Under the pieces are notes generated by a model that saw only the letters and a program-made list of their open reading frames with translations, made no database searches and was not told where the DNA came from. 64,000 nt of DNA from Candidatus Multivoradales bacterium (GTDB lineage: Bacteria > Acidobacteriota > Thermoanaerobaculia > Multivoradales > J023), in assembly GCA_965248925.1 (NCBI GenBank), contig CBDFLE010000006.1, positions 32,001 through 96,000 on the forward strand, given 5' to 3'. A program made the translations under genes and the position numbers. Shown piece after piece: positions 9,581 through 19,982 of this stretch. The number at the start of each line of letters is the position of its first letter. Position 1 is the stretch's first letter.

Positions 9581-11350
9581 GTGCAGACCGCATTCCTACT
9601 CTTTGTTCTTGTCGCCGCTTTTGGGCTCTTGATCACCCAGGTGGTGCGCTTCGAGATCGTCTCGTTGGGGCTGGTGGCGGTGCTGGCTTTGGCCGGTGTC
9701 TTGACCACCCAGGAGGCGCTGTCGGGGTTCTCCAATAGCGCTACCCTCACCGTTGCCGCCATGCTGGTGTTGAGCGCCGGATTGGTGCGTTCGGGGGTGG
9801 TCGACTTGGTGGGCACTCTGGTTGAACGCTGGGCGGCGGGCAGTCCGGCGCGGCTTCTATTCACCGTCGGCATGGTCACCGCCGTGCTCAGCGCTTTCAT
9901 GAACAACACGGCGATCATCGCGCTGATGATTCCGGTGGTGTTGGCGCTGTCGAGCAAAGTCAATATCTCGGCTTCTAAATTGCTGATGCCGCTGTCGTTC
10001 TTCGCCATTCTCGGCGGCACTTGCACGCTGATCGGCACCAGCACCAACATCTTGGTCGACTCGCTCTACCGCGACGCCGGCGGGCCTGGCTTTGGCTTGT
10101 TCGATTTTGCCGGCATGGGATTGATCTATCTGCTGGTGGGCTCGGTTTACCTGATGCTCTTCTGGAAGAAGCTGCCCGACAATACGGTGTTTAGCCAGAT
10201 CCTCGACCCCAGCTCGCGCAGCCAATTCGTCACCGAGGTCACGGTGCCAGCCGACAGCCGCTACCTCGGGCGCCCGCTGTCCGAATTGCTCGGCCGACTT
10301 AAGGATGTCGAGGTCTTGGAGCTGATCCGCAACGAGCAAGCCAGCCTCGGCCCGGCCGCCGATACGATCATCGAGCGGGGGGACACCTTCCTGCTCAAGG
10401 GCAGCGGCGCCACCTTGAACCAACTGGCAGAACGCGATGGGGTCGGAGTCGGCAGCACGGTGGCCGACGGTGAGCGCATCGTCATGAGCCGCTTCGATCT
10501 ACACACCACCGAAGCGGTGATCCTACCCAACTCGCCTTTGATCGACCGACGGGTGCGAAACGCAGGCCTCAACCGCCGCTTTGGCGTCTTTGTGATGGCG
10601 GTACGACGGCTCGGCGGCGGCCATCACATCCGCAACTTGCGCTCGCTGCGGCTGCGATCCGGCGACGTGCTGCTGATCCAGGGAGAACCCGCGGCGCTCC
10701 ACACTCTGCAAGAGGATGCCGGGGTGCTGCTGATCGAGGGAATCGAAGCCCGGCTGACCTTCCCCCGCAAAGCACCGATGGCCATCGCCATCTTGGTCGC
10801 CGTGGTGGCTCTGGCAGCCTTGGGCATCGGCGAGATTGTGGTGCTCAGCCTGGCTGGGGTGGCAGCCATGCTGCTGACCCGCTGCTTGACCGTCAGCCAG
10901 GCCACCCGCGCCCTCGACAGCTCGGTCTTGCTACTGCTCGCCGGCATGATTCCCCTCGGCGTGGCGATCAACAGCAGCGGCCTGGCCAGCACCGCCACCG
11001 GGTGGCTGGTGGCCCATCTCGGCGACTTGGGTCCGGTGGCGATCATCAGCGGTTTCTACCTCTTCACTTCGCTGATGACGGCGGTGCTGTCGAACGGCGC
11101 CACCGCGGTCTTGCTGGCGCCGATCGCTCTAGAACTCAGTCAGCAGACCGGCATCGAACCGAAGGCCCTCCTGGTGGCGATCGCCTTCGGTGCCAGTGCC
11201 AGCTTCGCCACTCCGATCGGCTACCAGACCAACACCATGGTGATGGGCCCTGGCGGCTATAGCTTCGGCGACTACCTGCGCTTCGGTGGCCCGCTGAGTC
11301 TGATCATGTGGCTGGCGGCGACTCTCCTGCTCCCCCTATTCTGGCTCTAG
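9581..11350 (+). CDS. SLC13/CitMHS-like permease with TrkA-C domains
   Basis: SAFMNNTA, LGGTCTLIGTSTN, two soluble TrkA-C-like repeats, SFATPIGYQTNTMV..GGY.F.DY. Confidence 0.9.
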   Translation: MQTAFLLFVLVAAFGLLITQVVRFEIVSLGLVAVLALAGVLTTQEALSGFSNSATLTVAAMLVLSAGLVRSGVVDLVGTLVERWAAGSPARLLFTVGMVTAVLSAFMNNTAIIALMIPVVLALSSKVNISASKLLMPLSFFAILGGTCTLIGTSTNILVDSLYRDAGGPGFGLFDFAGMGLIYLLVGSVYLMLFWKKLPDNTVFSQILDPSSRSQFVTEVTVPADSRYLGRPLSELLGRLKDVEVLELIRNEQASLGPAADTIIERGDTFLLKGSGATLNQLAERDGVGVGSTVADGERIVMSRFDLHTTEAVILPNSPLIDRRVRNAGLNRRFGVFVMAVRRLGGGHHIRNLRSLRLRSGDVLLIQGEPAALHTLQEDAGVLLIEGIEARLTFPRKAPMAIAILVAVVALAALGIGEIVVLSLAGVAAMLLTRCLTVSQATRALDSSVLLLLAGMIPLGVAINSSGLASTATGWLVAHLGDLGPVAIISGFYLFTSLMTAVLSNGATAVLLAPIALELSQQTGIEPKALLVAIAFGASASFATPIGYQTNTMVMGPGGYSFGDYLRFGGPLSLIMWLAATLLLPLFWL

Positions 11351-11737
11351 AGCCCTTAGTTATAGACACTTATGCCACTATTGCACTAATAAGATACTCT
11401 TAACTTCATCTCTGCCTTCAGTTAGAACCACTTGATGCAGAGATTTCGCTCTCAAATCCCCGCTCCCCTGCTACACTCCCGACTGCCTAGAAACTCGGAT
11501 CATCCGAAGTCAGGAACACGAGCATCGGGGGGGGGAGAGTGGTGCTTGTGCTTGCGCTCGTTTCAAGTTGGTTCCTCCGATCGGCTCCACGATCAGGCCA
11601 GCTGGGGCCCGCCAGCCTCGGTCGGCTGGTAGTCGATCGGCGGAGGCTCCCGAGCCGCTGCCGTTTTCCTCCTGGGCACCGCAGTTGCGGTCTTTTCCGT
11701 CCGCACTGGAATCTCTCTCGTGAAGGAGAACAAGGTA

Positions 11738-13261
11738 ATGATACAAAGATCATTTGCGTGCGTCCTAGTGCTGGGATTGGCGCTCACGGGCACGGCTTTC
11801 GCCGACGCCACCGTTGACGAGGGCCCTGCCCACACGACCTTCCTCAGCCACCAAGAGGTCACTGACGCCCTCGACGCCGGAGACTTGACCCTGAGGGTGG
11901 CTCGCGCGCTCGGCTTGGCGGTGTTCAGCACACCGTTCAACACTTATGACGGTCACGGCGACGGCCCCTTCGACCCGGCGGAAACCGATACCGCCGCCTT
12001 CGGTCATCGGCCTACCCTGCAAGGCAACGGCTTGTCATTGCGGGTCAATGGACTCGACGCCCAAAGCTGCAACGAATGCCACACCATCGTCAGCAACCGC
12101 ACTCGCCCGCCGACCCTCGGCTTCGGCGGCGTCGGTGGCATCGTGCAGAACGCGATCATCATGCCGACCCTGATCGACGTCGCCGACTCCTTCGACGATC
12201 GTGTGGCCTTCCAGAGCGGCCATGATCCCTCCCTGTCGATGGTGTTTGACGGCGTGGCGGACTACAACGGTCGCTTCGCCAACCCGCCGTTCCTATTTGG
12301 CGGCGGCGGGGTCGAGCTGCTGGGCAAAGAGATGACCCGCGACCTCCAGGACTTGCTCGACATCGCCCAGACCTCTGCCGCCGGTACAGTGACCTCCCTC
12401 GACACCCACGGGGTCAACTTCGGCTCGATCACCACCTTGGACAACCTGGGCAATGTGCAGTTGGATGTCGAGGGTATTGGCCCCGAAGACATCAGCGGCT
12501 TGGCTCCGGACTCAGTGTTGGTGGTGCGACCTTTCGGCCGCAAGGGTGAGAACTTCACCATGCGCGACTTCGACCGTGGCGCGATGCAATTCCATTTCGG
12601 CATCCAGCCCCAGGAAGTGATCGGTGCCGGCCAGGACGAGGACGGCGACGGGGTGTCTGACGAGGTCGAAGACGGCGAAATGACCCTGCTGCACATCTTC
12701 GACGTGCTCAACCCACGGCCGCGGCAGGAGCATTTCACCTGGGAGACCTACGCCGGTTTCCAGACCTTCCAAGACATCGGTTGCGACGGCTGCCAGATTC
12801 CGGCGATCGAGACCAACAGCCGGCACTTGAAAATGTCCTTCCCCGACGTCGCCGAAGACCCGGACGCCAACGTCTACACCAGCATCGCCCTGCGCGAAGC
12901 CGGCTTCGACCGGGTGCCGGGCGGCGGTTTGGTGATCCCCCTTTTTGCCGATCTCAAGCGGCACAAGATGGGCCCTGGTCTGGCCGAGACCTTCGAGCGC
13001 GGAGACCTCGCCAACGACGAGTTCACCACCGCCCGGCTGTGGGGTATCGCTGATACGGCCCCCTACCTGCACGATGGTCGCGCCACCACCCTCTACCAGG
13101 CGATTGACATGCACGGTGGCGAAGCGCAGGCCGTGCGCGATAGCTTCACCGCCCTTACCAACGACGAGCAAGCCGACCTGCTGGCCTTCCTGCGCTCCCT
13201 GCGTGTGCCACACCAGCCGAACCAGAACCTGGTGCCGATCTTGCGCTACATTCTCCAATGA
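11738..13261 (+). CDS. Secreted di-heme oxidoreductase (DHOR-like) family protein
   Basis: Signal peptide; CNECH heme motif; RPFGRKG, DLKRHKMG, TARLWG, PYLHDGRA, HGGEA; the second heme motif reads CDGCQ. Confidence 0.82.
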   Translation: MIQRSFACVLVLGLALTGTAFADATVDEGPAHTTFLSHQEVTDALDAGDLTLRVARALGLAVFSTPFNTYDGHGDGPFDPAETDTAAFGHRPTLQGNGLSLRVNGLDAQSCNECHTIVSNRTRPPTLGFGGVGGIVQNAIIMPTLIDVADSFDDRVAFQSGHDPSLSMVFDGVADYNGRFANPPFLFGGGGVELLGKEMTRDLQDLLDIAQTSAAGTVTSLDTHGVNFGSITTLDNLGNVQLDVEGIGPEDISGLAPDSVLVVRPFGRKGENFTMRDFDRGAMQFHFGIQPQEVIGAGQDEDGDGVSDEVEDGEMTLLHIFDVLNPRPRQEHFTWETYAGFQTFQDIGCDGCQIPAIETNSRHLKMSFPDVAEDPDANVYTSIALREAGFDRVPGGGLVIPLFADLKRHKMGPGLAETFERGDLANDEFTTARLWGIADTAPYLHDGRATTLYQAIDMHGGEAQAVRDSFTALTNDEQADLLAFLRSLRVPHQPNQNLVPILRYILQ

Positions 13262-13275
13262 GGGTCTAGCCACCG

Positions 13276-14709
13276 ATGATCCGCACCCTGGTGCCGGGCC
13301 TTACCCGGCCACTGGTAGCGCTATTCGCCATCACCACGATGGCGAATAGCGTGGTGATGGGCGAGCCGCCGCACGACCCAACCGGCATCCACGGACGTAC
13401 TGCCTTGATGGTCGCCGCGGCGGCCGGCGACAATGACTTGGTCGTAGCGCTGCTCGGCTCAGGCGCCAAACTCGAGGCGGTCGACGATTCTGGCAACAGC
13501 GCCCTCTTCTTCCTGCCACCTAGCGACGACCCACGGATCACCGAACTGCTGCTCAGCCACGGTGCTCGGGTTCAGCAGACCAACAAGGCCGGCAGCACAG
13601 CCTTGGTGTCGGCGGCTCTTCTCGGCCGCCAAGAAATTGCCACGATGCTCTTGCAAGCAGGCGCCGACCCCGACCCGCTGCCGCGCAGCGGCCGTAGCGC
13701 TTTCGCGGAGGCAGTGCTGCATGGCCATCCACAGATCGCCCGCCTGCTGCACCATGCCGGAGCGCGGGTCAACCCACCTCTGCGGCGCGACGGCAGCCTG
13801 CTCCACCAGGCCGCACAGACTGGCAACGCTGCCGCCGTCGAGCTGCTGTTGGATCTCGGCGCACCGGTCGACGCCGGTCTCGACGACCTCGACTGTTGCC
13901 AGGGTCAGACTCCTCTCCACCGCGCGGCTGCCCGTGGCCACGCGGCGGTGATCGCTCGCCTGGCCGCTCACCAGGCAGCGTTAGAAACCACCGATATCAA
14001 AGGCCGTACTCCCCTGCTGGCCGCCGCCTTCGCCGGCCACGCTGAAGCCGTCATCAGTCTGCTCCAAGCCGGTGCCGACCCCGACCGGCGAGCCCAAGAC
14101 GAAGCACGGACTCCACCCCTGGTCGGCGCCGCCGCCGAAGGCCACACAAGCGTGGTCAGGGCCCTACTCGCTGCCGAAGCCAAGGTTGACATCACCAATC
14201 GCTACCGGGTCAATGCCCTGATGCAAGCGGCGTTCAAAGGCCACAGCGAGGTCGCACGTGCCTTGCTGGCCAAGCAAGCCGATCTGGCGGCGTTGAATCT
14301 CGAAGGTCATTCGGCACTCGCCTACGCCGTGGTGCGCAATCATCCCGAGTTGGTGCAGCTGCTCACCGACCACGGCGCCGCCATCGACAGCCGGGTCTAC
14401 ATCGCCGTCTTTGGCGACGTCGACTTGCTGATGCTGGCTGCTGGCCGTGGCCATCTCGAGAACACTCGAACCCTGCTAGCCAAAGGTGCCCCGGTCGACA
14501 GCTGGAGCGAGGTCGAGGGCATTGGTCGGGTGACCCCACTGATGGTGGCCAGCGCTCGCGCTCTGCTCGAAGTGGTCGACTTGTTGCTCGCGGCCGGAGC
14601 CGATCCCAATCTCGCCACGCCCGACTCTCCCTCCGCCCTCGACCGAGCCCGACAAGCAGGCCACATGGAAGTTCTCGAACGCCTGACGAAGCAGCCGAAG
14701 CCTCAGTGA
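13276..14709 (+). CDS. Ankyrin-repeat protein, probably secreted
   Basis: Numerous G.T[PA]L..AA..G....V..LL..GA repeats; N-terminal hydrophobic segment. Confidence 0.92.
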   Translation: MIRTLVPGLTRPLVALFAITTMANSVVMGEPPHDPTGIHGRTALMVAAAAGDNDLVVALLGSGAKLEAVDDSGNSALFFLPPSDDPRITELLLSHGARVQQTNKAGSTALVSAALLGRQEIATMLLQAGADPDPLPRSGRSAFAEAVLHGHPQIARLLHHAGARVNPPLRRDGSLLHQAAQTGNAAAVELLLDLGAPVDAGLDDLDCCQGQTPLHRAAARGHAAVIARLAAHQAALETTDIKGRTPLLAAAFAGHAEAVISLLQAGADPDRRAQDEARTPPLVGAAAEGHTSVVRALLAAEAKVDITNRYRVNALMQAAFKGHSEVARALLAKQADLAALNLEGHSALAYAVVRNHPELVQLLTDHGAAIDSRVYIAVFGDVDLLMLAAGRGHLENTRTLLAKGAPVDSWSEVEGIGRVTPLMVASARALLEVVDLLLAAGADPNLATPDSPSALDRARQAGHMEVLERLTKQPKPQ

Positions 14710-14745
14710 ATGCCGCAGCCACCGGGCGGGCAGTATACTCAAGAG

Positions 14746-15393
14746 ATGTCGCACCTCGATTTATGGAAACAGCAGCTCGGCGCGGTGCCCGATGAAGTCT
14801 GGCAGCAAACCGAACTCGAGTCACTAGTGCTGGCCGACAACGGGCTCACCGAGGTCTCCGAGCAACTTGGCAACTTGCAGCGTTTGCGGATGCTCGACCT
14901 CGGCCACAACGCCCTCCGCCAATTGCCCGAGGCGATCGGCAAGCTCGCCGACTTGACCGACTTCCTTTATTTGCACGACAACAGATTGCGCCAACTGCCG
15001 CCCGCCATTGCCAGGCTGACAGGGCTGCGTTACCTGAATCTCAGCGAGAACGAATTCAGCGCCCTACCAGACTCGATCTACCAGCTGACCGAACTGCGCG
15101 AACTCCGCGCCTCGGGCAACAAATTGACCTCACTCAGCGAGGCTCTCGGCCAGCTGGACCAGCTGCGCGAACTACACCTGAGAGACAATCAGCTCACCTC
15201 CCTACCCTCTGCCATCGGCCAACTGAGAGAGCTGCGGCAGCTCGATTTGCGGGGCAATCCGCTGGCCTCCTTACCCACAGCAATCAGCCAGTTGCCCGAA
15301 CTTCACAAGCTCGATTTGCGCTGGGTACCGGCGCTCGATCCGCCGAGCTGGTTGCCGGCCCTCGAAGCGCGGGGAGTTCTGGTCTACCGCTAG
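14746..15393 (+). CDS. Leucine-rich-repeat protein
   Basis: Repeated L..L.L..N.L..LP..I..L units. Confidence 0.9.
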   Translation: MSHLDLWKQQLGAVPDEVWQQTELESLVLADNGLTEVSEQLGNLQRLRMLDLGHNALRQLPEAIGKLADLTDFLYLHDNRLRQLPPAIARLTGLRYLNLSENEFSALPDSIYQLTELRELRASGNKLTSLSEALGQLDQLRELHLRDNQLTSLPSAIGQLRELRQLDLRGNPLASLPTAISQLPELHKLDLRWVPALDPPSWLPALEARGVLVYR

Positions 15394-15474
15394 GCCAGAG
15401 GCCACCGGCGGACTGCTAGCGGATCGCGGGCTGCTACACTGCCGCATTCCCTCAGGTCGAAAGCAGAATGAATA

Positions 15475-18069
15475 TTGCCAAGGAGCAGACTTCCGGTGAT
15501 GATGGACTCGGATCTAGCCGACTTCAAAATCGGCAATTGGTGGGTCAGACCGCAGCTCAATGAGCTAGAAAATAGCGATCAGCGCCGCCACCTCGAAGCG
15601 CGATCGATGGAAGTGCTGCTCTGTCTGGCGCGGCACGCGCCGACGGTGGTCAGCAAGGAACAGCTGATCGCCGAGGTGTGGACCGATTCCCCCTTCGTCA
15701 GCGACGACGTCATCAGCCACGCCATCTGGGAGCTGCGCAAGGCCCTGGGCGACTCGGCCCGCTCCCCAAGCTACATCAAGACCATACCCCGCAAAGGCTA
15801 CCTGATCGTCGCGGAAGTGCTGCGGCCGCAGGGTTCGGCGCTGCCCATCGAAGGTGCCCAGATCGACCACTACGACATTCACGAGGAAATCGGCCGCGGT
15901 TCGATGGGAGTGGTGTTCCGCGCCACCGACCGCCAGCTCGGTCGCACGGTGGCGATCAAGTTCCTGGCCACCGAGCTGACCCGCGACGACAAGGCCCGGC
16001 AGCGCTTTCACCGCGAGGCCCGGCTAGCCGCCTCGCTCGACCATCCCAACCTCGCCACCGTGCATCAGGTGGGAGAGACCGCCCAGGGTCAGATCTACTT
16101 AGTCACCAGCTTCTACAGCGGTGGCAGCCTGAAAGACCTTTTGGCCAAGGGGCCGGTACCCGCCCAAGAGGCGCTCGAGCTTGCCCGACAGCTCGCCGCC
16201 GGCCTCGGCGCCGCCCACAAGCGAGGCATCATCCATCGCGACATCAAGCCCGCCAATCTCCTGCTCGACGAGCACGGCCATCTCAAGATCGCTGACTTCG
16301 GCATCGCCAAGTTGCTCGGCGGCACCGACCTCACCCGCACCGGCGCGGCATTGGGCACGCCGGCCTACAAATCTCCGGAACAAAGCCGTGGTCAAGAAGT
16401 CGACCAGCGCACCGACCTGTGGTCCGTCGGTGTCGTTCTTTTCGAATTGCTCACCGGCCGCCGGCCCTTCGACGGCGAGTACGAGCAGGCGGTGGTGCAT
16501 TCGATCCTCTCGCACGAGCCGCAGGCGTTGGCGGAAGTCGGAGGCCAGCCGATCCCGGCGGAACTGAGCCGGATCGTTGGCAAGGCGATGGCGAAGGAGC
16601 CGGAGGAGAGGTATCAGAGTGGAGAGGAGATGGTGTCTGACTTGGCTCGTGCAAGTGTTCCCGGCGTAGTTACCAAAGATTCCCCGCGTGCTCGGGTCCC
16701 AACCGTCAAGTCTGCGATAGGGGTCTCGCTTGCGGCAACCGCTCTAATTGTGCTGGCGTGGGCTCAGCCTTGGAAGACGGTAGGTCCACTTAGGATGAGA
16801 GCCACTGAAGTCTTGGCAAACGGCCCATCGACAAACAACCAAGCTATCGCCCATTTCCACACCGGACAAAAATTCTGGCTCTCTGGAAATGACCCCAAGA
16901 ATCTGTCGGATGCACTCCGCCACCTAGAGCACGCAGCAGAGCTAGCCCCAGACTGGGCCGATGCCTATGCCCTACTCGCGCTCTTCAAATCCGACCGGTT
17001 TGCCGAAACTAAGCAGCAAGGTCTACTAGAAGATATTAGACAGCTTGCAGAACAAGTGAAAAAGCTGGACCCATCCAACGGCCTGATCAAGGTCGCAGAG
17101 GCGCGCCTTCACCTGCTCAATGGGCAATTCATCAAGGCCGAGCAACTCACAACATCAGCAATAGAGGCTCAATCGACCTGCCCAGAAGGATTCAACGAAA
17201 CATGCGACCTCGCGCACCTCTGGCGGGCTGAAGCAGAGTGGAGCCAAGGCCAGCAGGCAGATGCAGTGAGACGTCTCGAATCGTGTTTGGGAATCGGCAA
17301 TGGCCGCATCCGCTGCCGGCTCAAGCTAGCCCAACTCTACAATCTATCTGGAAACTCGACCAAAGCGGCTGTTCTCTATGAAGAAGTTCTGGCCCTGATA
17401 GACAAACAGACAACTGCTCTAAATGACCTGGGAGTCTATCGACTCGAGGCTCGCCAGTACCAGAAGGCGGTCGGAATCCTGACTCGGCTCGAGAAACTGA
17501 CACATGGACCGCGGGCAACACTGAACCTAGGGCACGCATATTACGGCCTCGGCTACTGGGAATCCGCTAGAAACTACTATCTCGAAGCGGACGAACGTTA
17601 CAAGTCGCTAGGACAAAACAACCCAATTCCTGCGGTCAGCATTGGAGACACGTTTCTAGAGGAGGGACAACCAGACATGGCTCTCCCATGGTTCGAAAAG
17701 GCAGCGCTACGCTTCGAGATGATTCTGCAAGGCCCCGTACCAGCTATCATTTGGCAGGCCCAGAACGCGGTATGCCTTGCCAAGCTCGGCAAAACCCGCG
17801 AAGCCCTACAACAGATCAACACACTAGTTCGTCACGAGGTACAATCCGAGCAACCCTTTGCACCGATCTTCTACTATGCTGCAAGAGTCTTCGCACTCGA
17901 CGGCGACCAGGAAAACCTATTCCGAATGGCGCGACTATCTTCCAAAGCTGGCAACGACCTCAATAGGCTGACCGATGATGCTGCCTTTATTGACTGGCGA
18001 AAGCACCAAGGCTATCAGATTCTCTTGGTCGATTTATCGTCGGGCACTCAGCCCCCGTTGTTATTCTGA
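15475..18069 (+). CDS. Winged-helix (OmpR/CadC-type) - Ser/Thr kinase - TM - TPR sensor
   Basis: LRKALGD...YIKTIPRKGY wHTH; GRGSMG, VAIK, HRDIKPAN, DFG kinase motifs; TM IGVSLAATALIVLAWA; TPR-like C-terminus. True start may be ATG 15499 or 15502. Confidence 0.9.
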   Translation: MPRSRLPVMMDSDLADFKIGNWWVRPQLNELENSDQRRHLEARSMEVLLCLARHAPTVVSKEQLIAEVWTDSPFVSDDVISHAIWELRKALGDSARSPSYIKTIPRKGYLIVAEVLRPQGSALPIEGAQIDHYDIHEEIGRGSMGVVFRATDRQLGRTVAIKFLATELTRDDKARQRFHREARLAASLDHPNLATVHQVGETAQGQIYLVTSFYSGGSLKDLLAKGPVPAQEALELARQLAAGLGAAHKRGIIHRDIKPANLLLDEHGHLKIADFGIAKLLGGTDLTRTGAALGTPAYKSPEQSRGQEVDQRTDLWSVGVVLFELLTGRRPFDGEYEQAVVHSILSHEPQALAEVGGQPIPAELSRIVGKAMAKEPEERYQSGEEMVSDLARASVPGVVTKDSPRARVPTVKSAIGVSLAATALIVLAWAQPWKTVGPLRMRATEVLANGPSTNNQAIAHFHTGQKFWLSGNDPKNLSDALRHLEHAAELAPDWADAYALLALFKSDRFAETKQQGLLEDIRQLAEQVKKLDPSNGLIKVAEARLHLLNGQFIKAEQLTTSAIEAQSTCPEGFNETCDLAHLWRAEAEWSQGQQADAVRRLESCLGIGNGRIRCRLKLAQLYNLSGNSTKAAVLYEEVLALIDKQTTALNDLGVYRLEARQYQKAVGILTRLEKLTHGPRATLNLGHAYYGLGYWESARNYYLEADERYKSLGQNNPIPAVSIGDTFLEEGQPDMALPWFEKAALRFEMILQGPVPAIIWQAQNAVCLAKLGKTREALQQINTLVRHEVQSEQPFAPIFYYAARVFALDGDQENLFRMARLSSKAGNDLNRLTDDAAFIDWRKHQGYQILLVDLSSGTQPPLLF

Positions 18070-19982
18070 GGACCCGTTTGAGCTGGTTCTGGGTCCGGCT
18101 GGGGGCCTTGGCCACGGGGATCTGCCTCCTGTCGACCTGGCCGCAGGTCGCGCCCACGCCTTCCTCGTCGACGCCTACTTCTCTCAGCCTTGGGGCGGTT
18201 CCTCAATTCTCTGAAACTGCTCCGCGGTTCGAAGACAGGCCGCAACGAAAAACGTAGCTCATCGGCCAAAACTTTGAGATCCGAAGCCAAAGCAAACTCG
18301 CCGAAAGGCGAGCCGGGCGTGTCGCCGGCAAAGATCATTCCCACGGCGTAGTAGACATTCCGTACCGTCCGATTTGCCCTATCGACTTCCTTAGAGGCAA
18401 AGTCACTGGCATTGATTCCAACCTGAGCCAATTGGCCTTCGAGATCCGCCAACGCTTCCTCATCCAGAGGCTCGAGGTCTGCGAACAGCTCTAGCCAAAG
18501 CCCGGCCAGCTCCGGGCGATCCAATTCCAGACCGAGAAAGTACTCTTTGAATTTCTCAAACTTACCTGGTGACCTACAAAAACCCCACAATGCTATATAG
18601 ATCAGCTCTAGATCATCCAGTGGGAACGAGGTCAGGACTAGAGAACCGGAGTCTCCAACCTGACTGACATCTTGACCGGTTAGCAGGGGGGCTATGTGAA
18701 ACTGGCTCTTAAAATACCGCACAACCCCGCCGCCATAGTTGATATTGGTTGCTAGATGGACGCCGTCGACAAAACCCTGAGTAAACCCGGTGGTCCGCCC
18801 CCACTTGCGGACTTCCATGTTGAGCCTAGGCTTGCGGTAGCCGGAGATCGGATGCCACATCCCGAGTATCTCCCCACTTGCATAGCTGCGTCTGTGATCA
18901 AGCTCAGCAATAGCAGCATCACCGTACTCACCAAGATGCCAACGCTTGAGACGGGCCACCACGTCGCGCTTAGTGCCACCGTCGAACAGCGCCGGCTGAT
19001 AAGTTGGCTGGCCAACTTGGGCCGATGCGGTGTTGGCTAGGACATGCCAGTTGCTGAGCACACACGGCGTACCGTCAGTCTTGTCCCATACCACCGTCCC
19101 GAGCGTACCTGCTTGTCCGCTGACGCTACCGACACTAATACCGCCAACCAGTGGGTTGACAGGCCCCTTGCCGGTGAGTAGCAATTCTTCGTTGCTGAGT
19201 TCGTCACTACCAGCCGGGGGTTCAACAAACACACCGCTCTCGGCATCCCCACCGGGATGTTGTACAGACGGAAAATATCGAGCATCTATGACGTCTATCG
19301 GCACACCGCAGACACAGAGCCTACAGTGTGACCAAGGATCCCCTGGGTGGTCTTCAGGACAGGGATCCCAGCAAGTAAGATCGCTGGGCAAGACTCCTGA
19401 CACTGGATACTGCATATATTGACCCCACCAGCTCCGCCAGGGATTGAGACCATTTCGTCGGCAGAATCTTCTTCGTTTTTTCCTTTCCACCGCATCTACC
19501 CTATTCAAACCGATCCGGTGCGCCACCAGTGCATACAGAGGGTTCGAGAGATCAGGTAGTGCCGATTGACTCATCAAGTGCGGAGACAGCTTGTTCTCTA
19601 CATGAATACGGAGTGCCAGCACATTACAGAACTTGCGTTCACGCTCGCGAACCGCGAATCCGACATCAACCGCGCTGACTCCTTGGAATCTTAGAATCTG
19701 CCGATGCACGCGATCATGGACCCGGATGGCATGATCAATGGCATCCTGGCCGTGAAGTGGATAGCAACACCAATGCCAGTGTCCGCAGCAGCCAAATTTT
19801 TTGTCCCTTTGTTTCTTGACAGGTGACCTATATCCTCGCAAGTCCTTGTAGTCTTCCCAGATTTTCCGGTTCTTCAATCTTCCAAAACCATCGAGGTGAC
19901 AACCTTTTGGCACCCAGATAACCAGATCTTCAACTTCAAGGCCGAAATTCAGCTGCTGCCGGTAGCTGGTCTCCAAGCTCAC
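18048..19982 (-). CDS. NAL1-like trypsin-family serine protease
   Basis: GVSAVDVG..LRIHVENK..GVPIDVI N-terminal domain; GTLG, LSNWHVL (His), GDAAIA (Asp), KWGRTTGFTQG, GDSGSLV (Ser), AVGMIFAG. Confidence 0.8.
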   Translation of the reverse strand: MSLETSYRQQLNFGLEVEDLVIWVPKGCHLDGFGRLKNRKIWEDYKDLRGYRSPVKKQRDKKFGCCGHWHWCCYPLHGQDAIDHAIRVHDRVHRQILRFQGVSAVDVGFAVRERERKFCNVLALRIHVENKLSPHLMSQSALPDLSNPLYALVAHRIGLNRVDAVERKKRRRFCRRNGLNPWRSWWGQYMQYPVSGVLPSDLTCWDPCPEDHPGDPWSHCRLCVCGVPIDVIDARYFPSVQHPGGDAESGVFVEPPAGSDELSNEELLLTGKGPVNPLVGGISVGSVSGQAGTLGTVVWDKTDGTPCVLSNWHVLANTASAQVGQPTYQPALFDGGTKRDVVARLKRWHLGEYGDAAIAELDHRRSYASGEILGMWHPISGYRKPRLNMEVRKWGRTTGFTQGFVDGVHLATNINYGGGVVRYFKSQFHIAPLLTGQDVSQVGDSGSLVLTSFPLDDLELIYIALWGFCRSPGKFEKFKEYFLGLELDRPELAGLWLELFADLEPLDEEALADLEGQLAQVGINASDFASKEVDRANRTVRNVYYAVGMIFAGDTPGSPFGEFALASDLKVLADELRFSLRPVFEPRSSFRELRNRPKAERSRRRRGRRGRDLRPGRQEADPRGQGPQPDPEPAQTGPQNNNGG

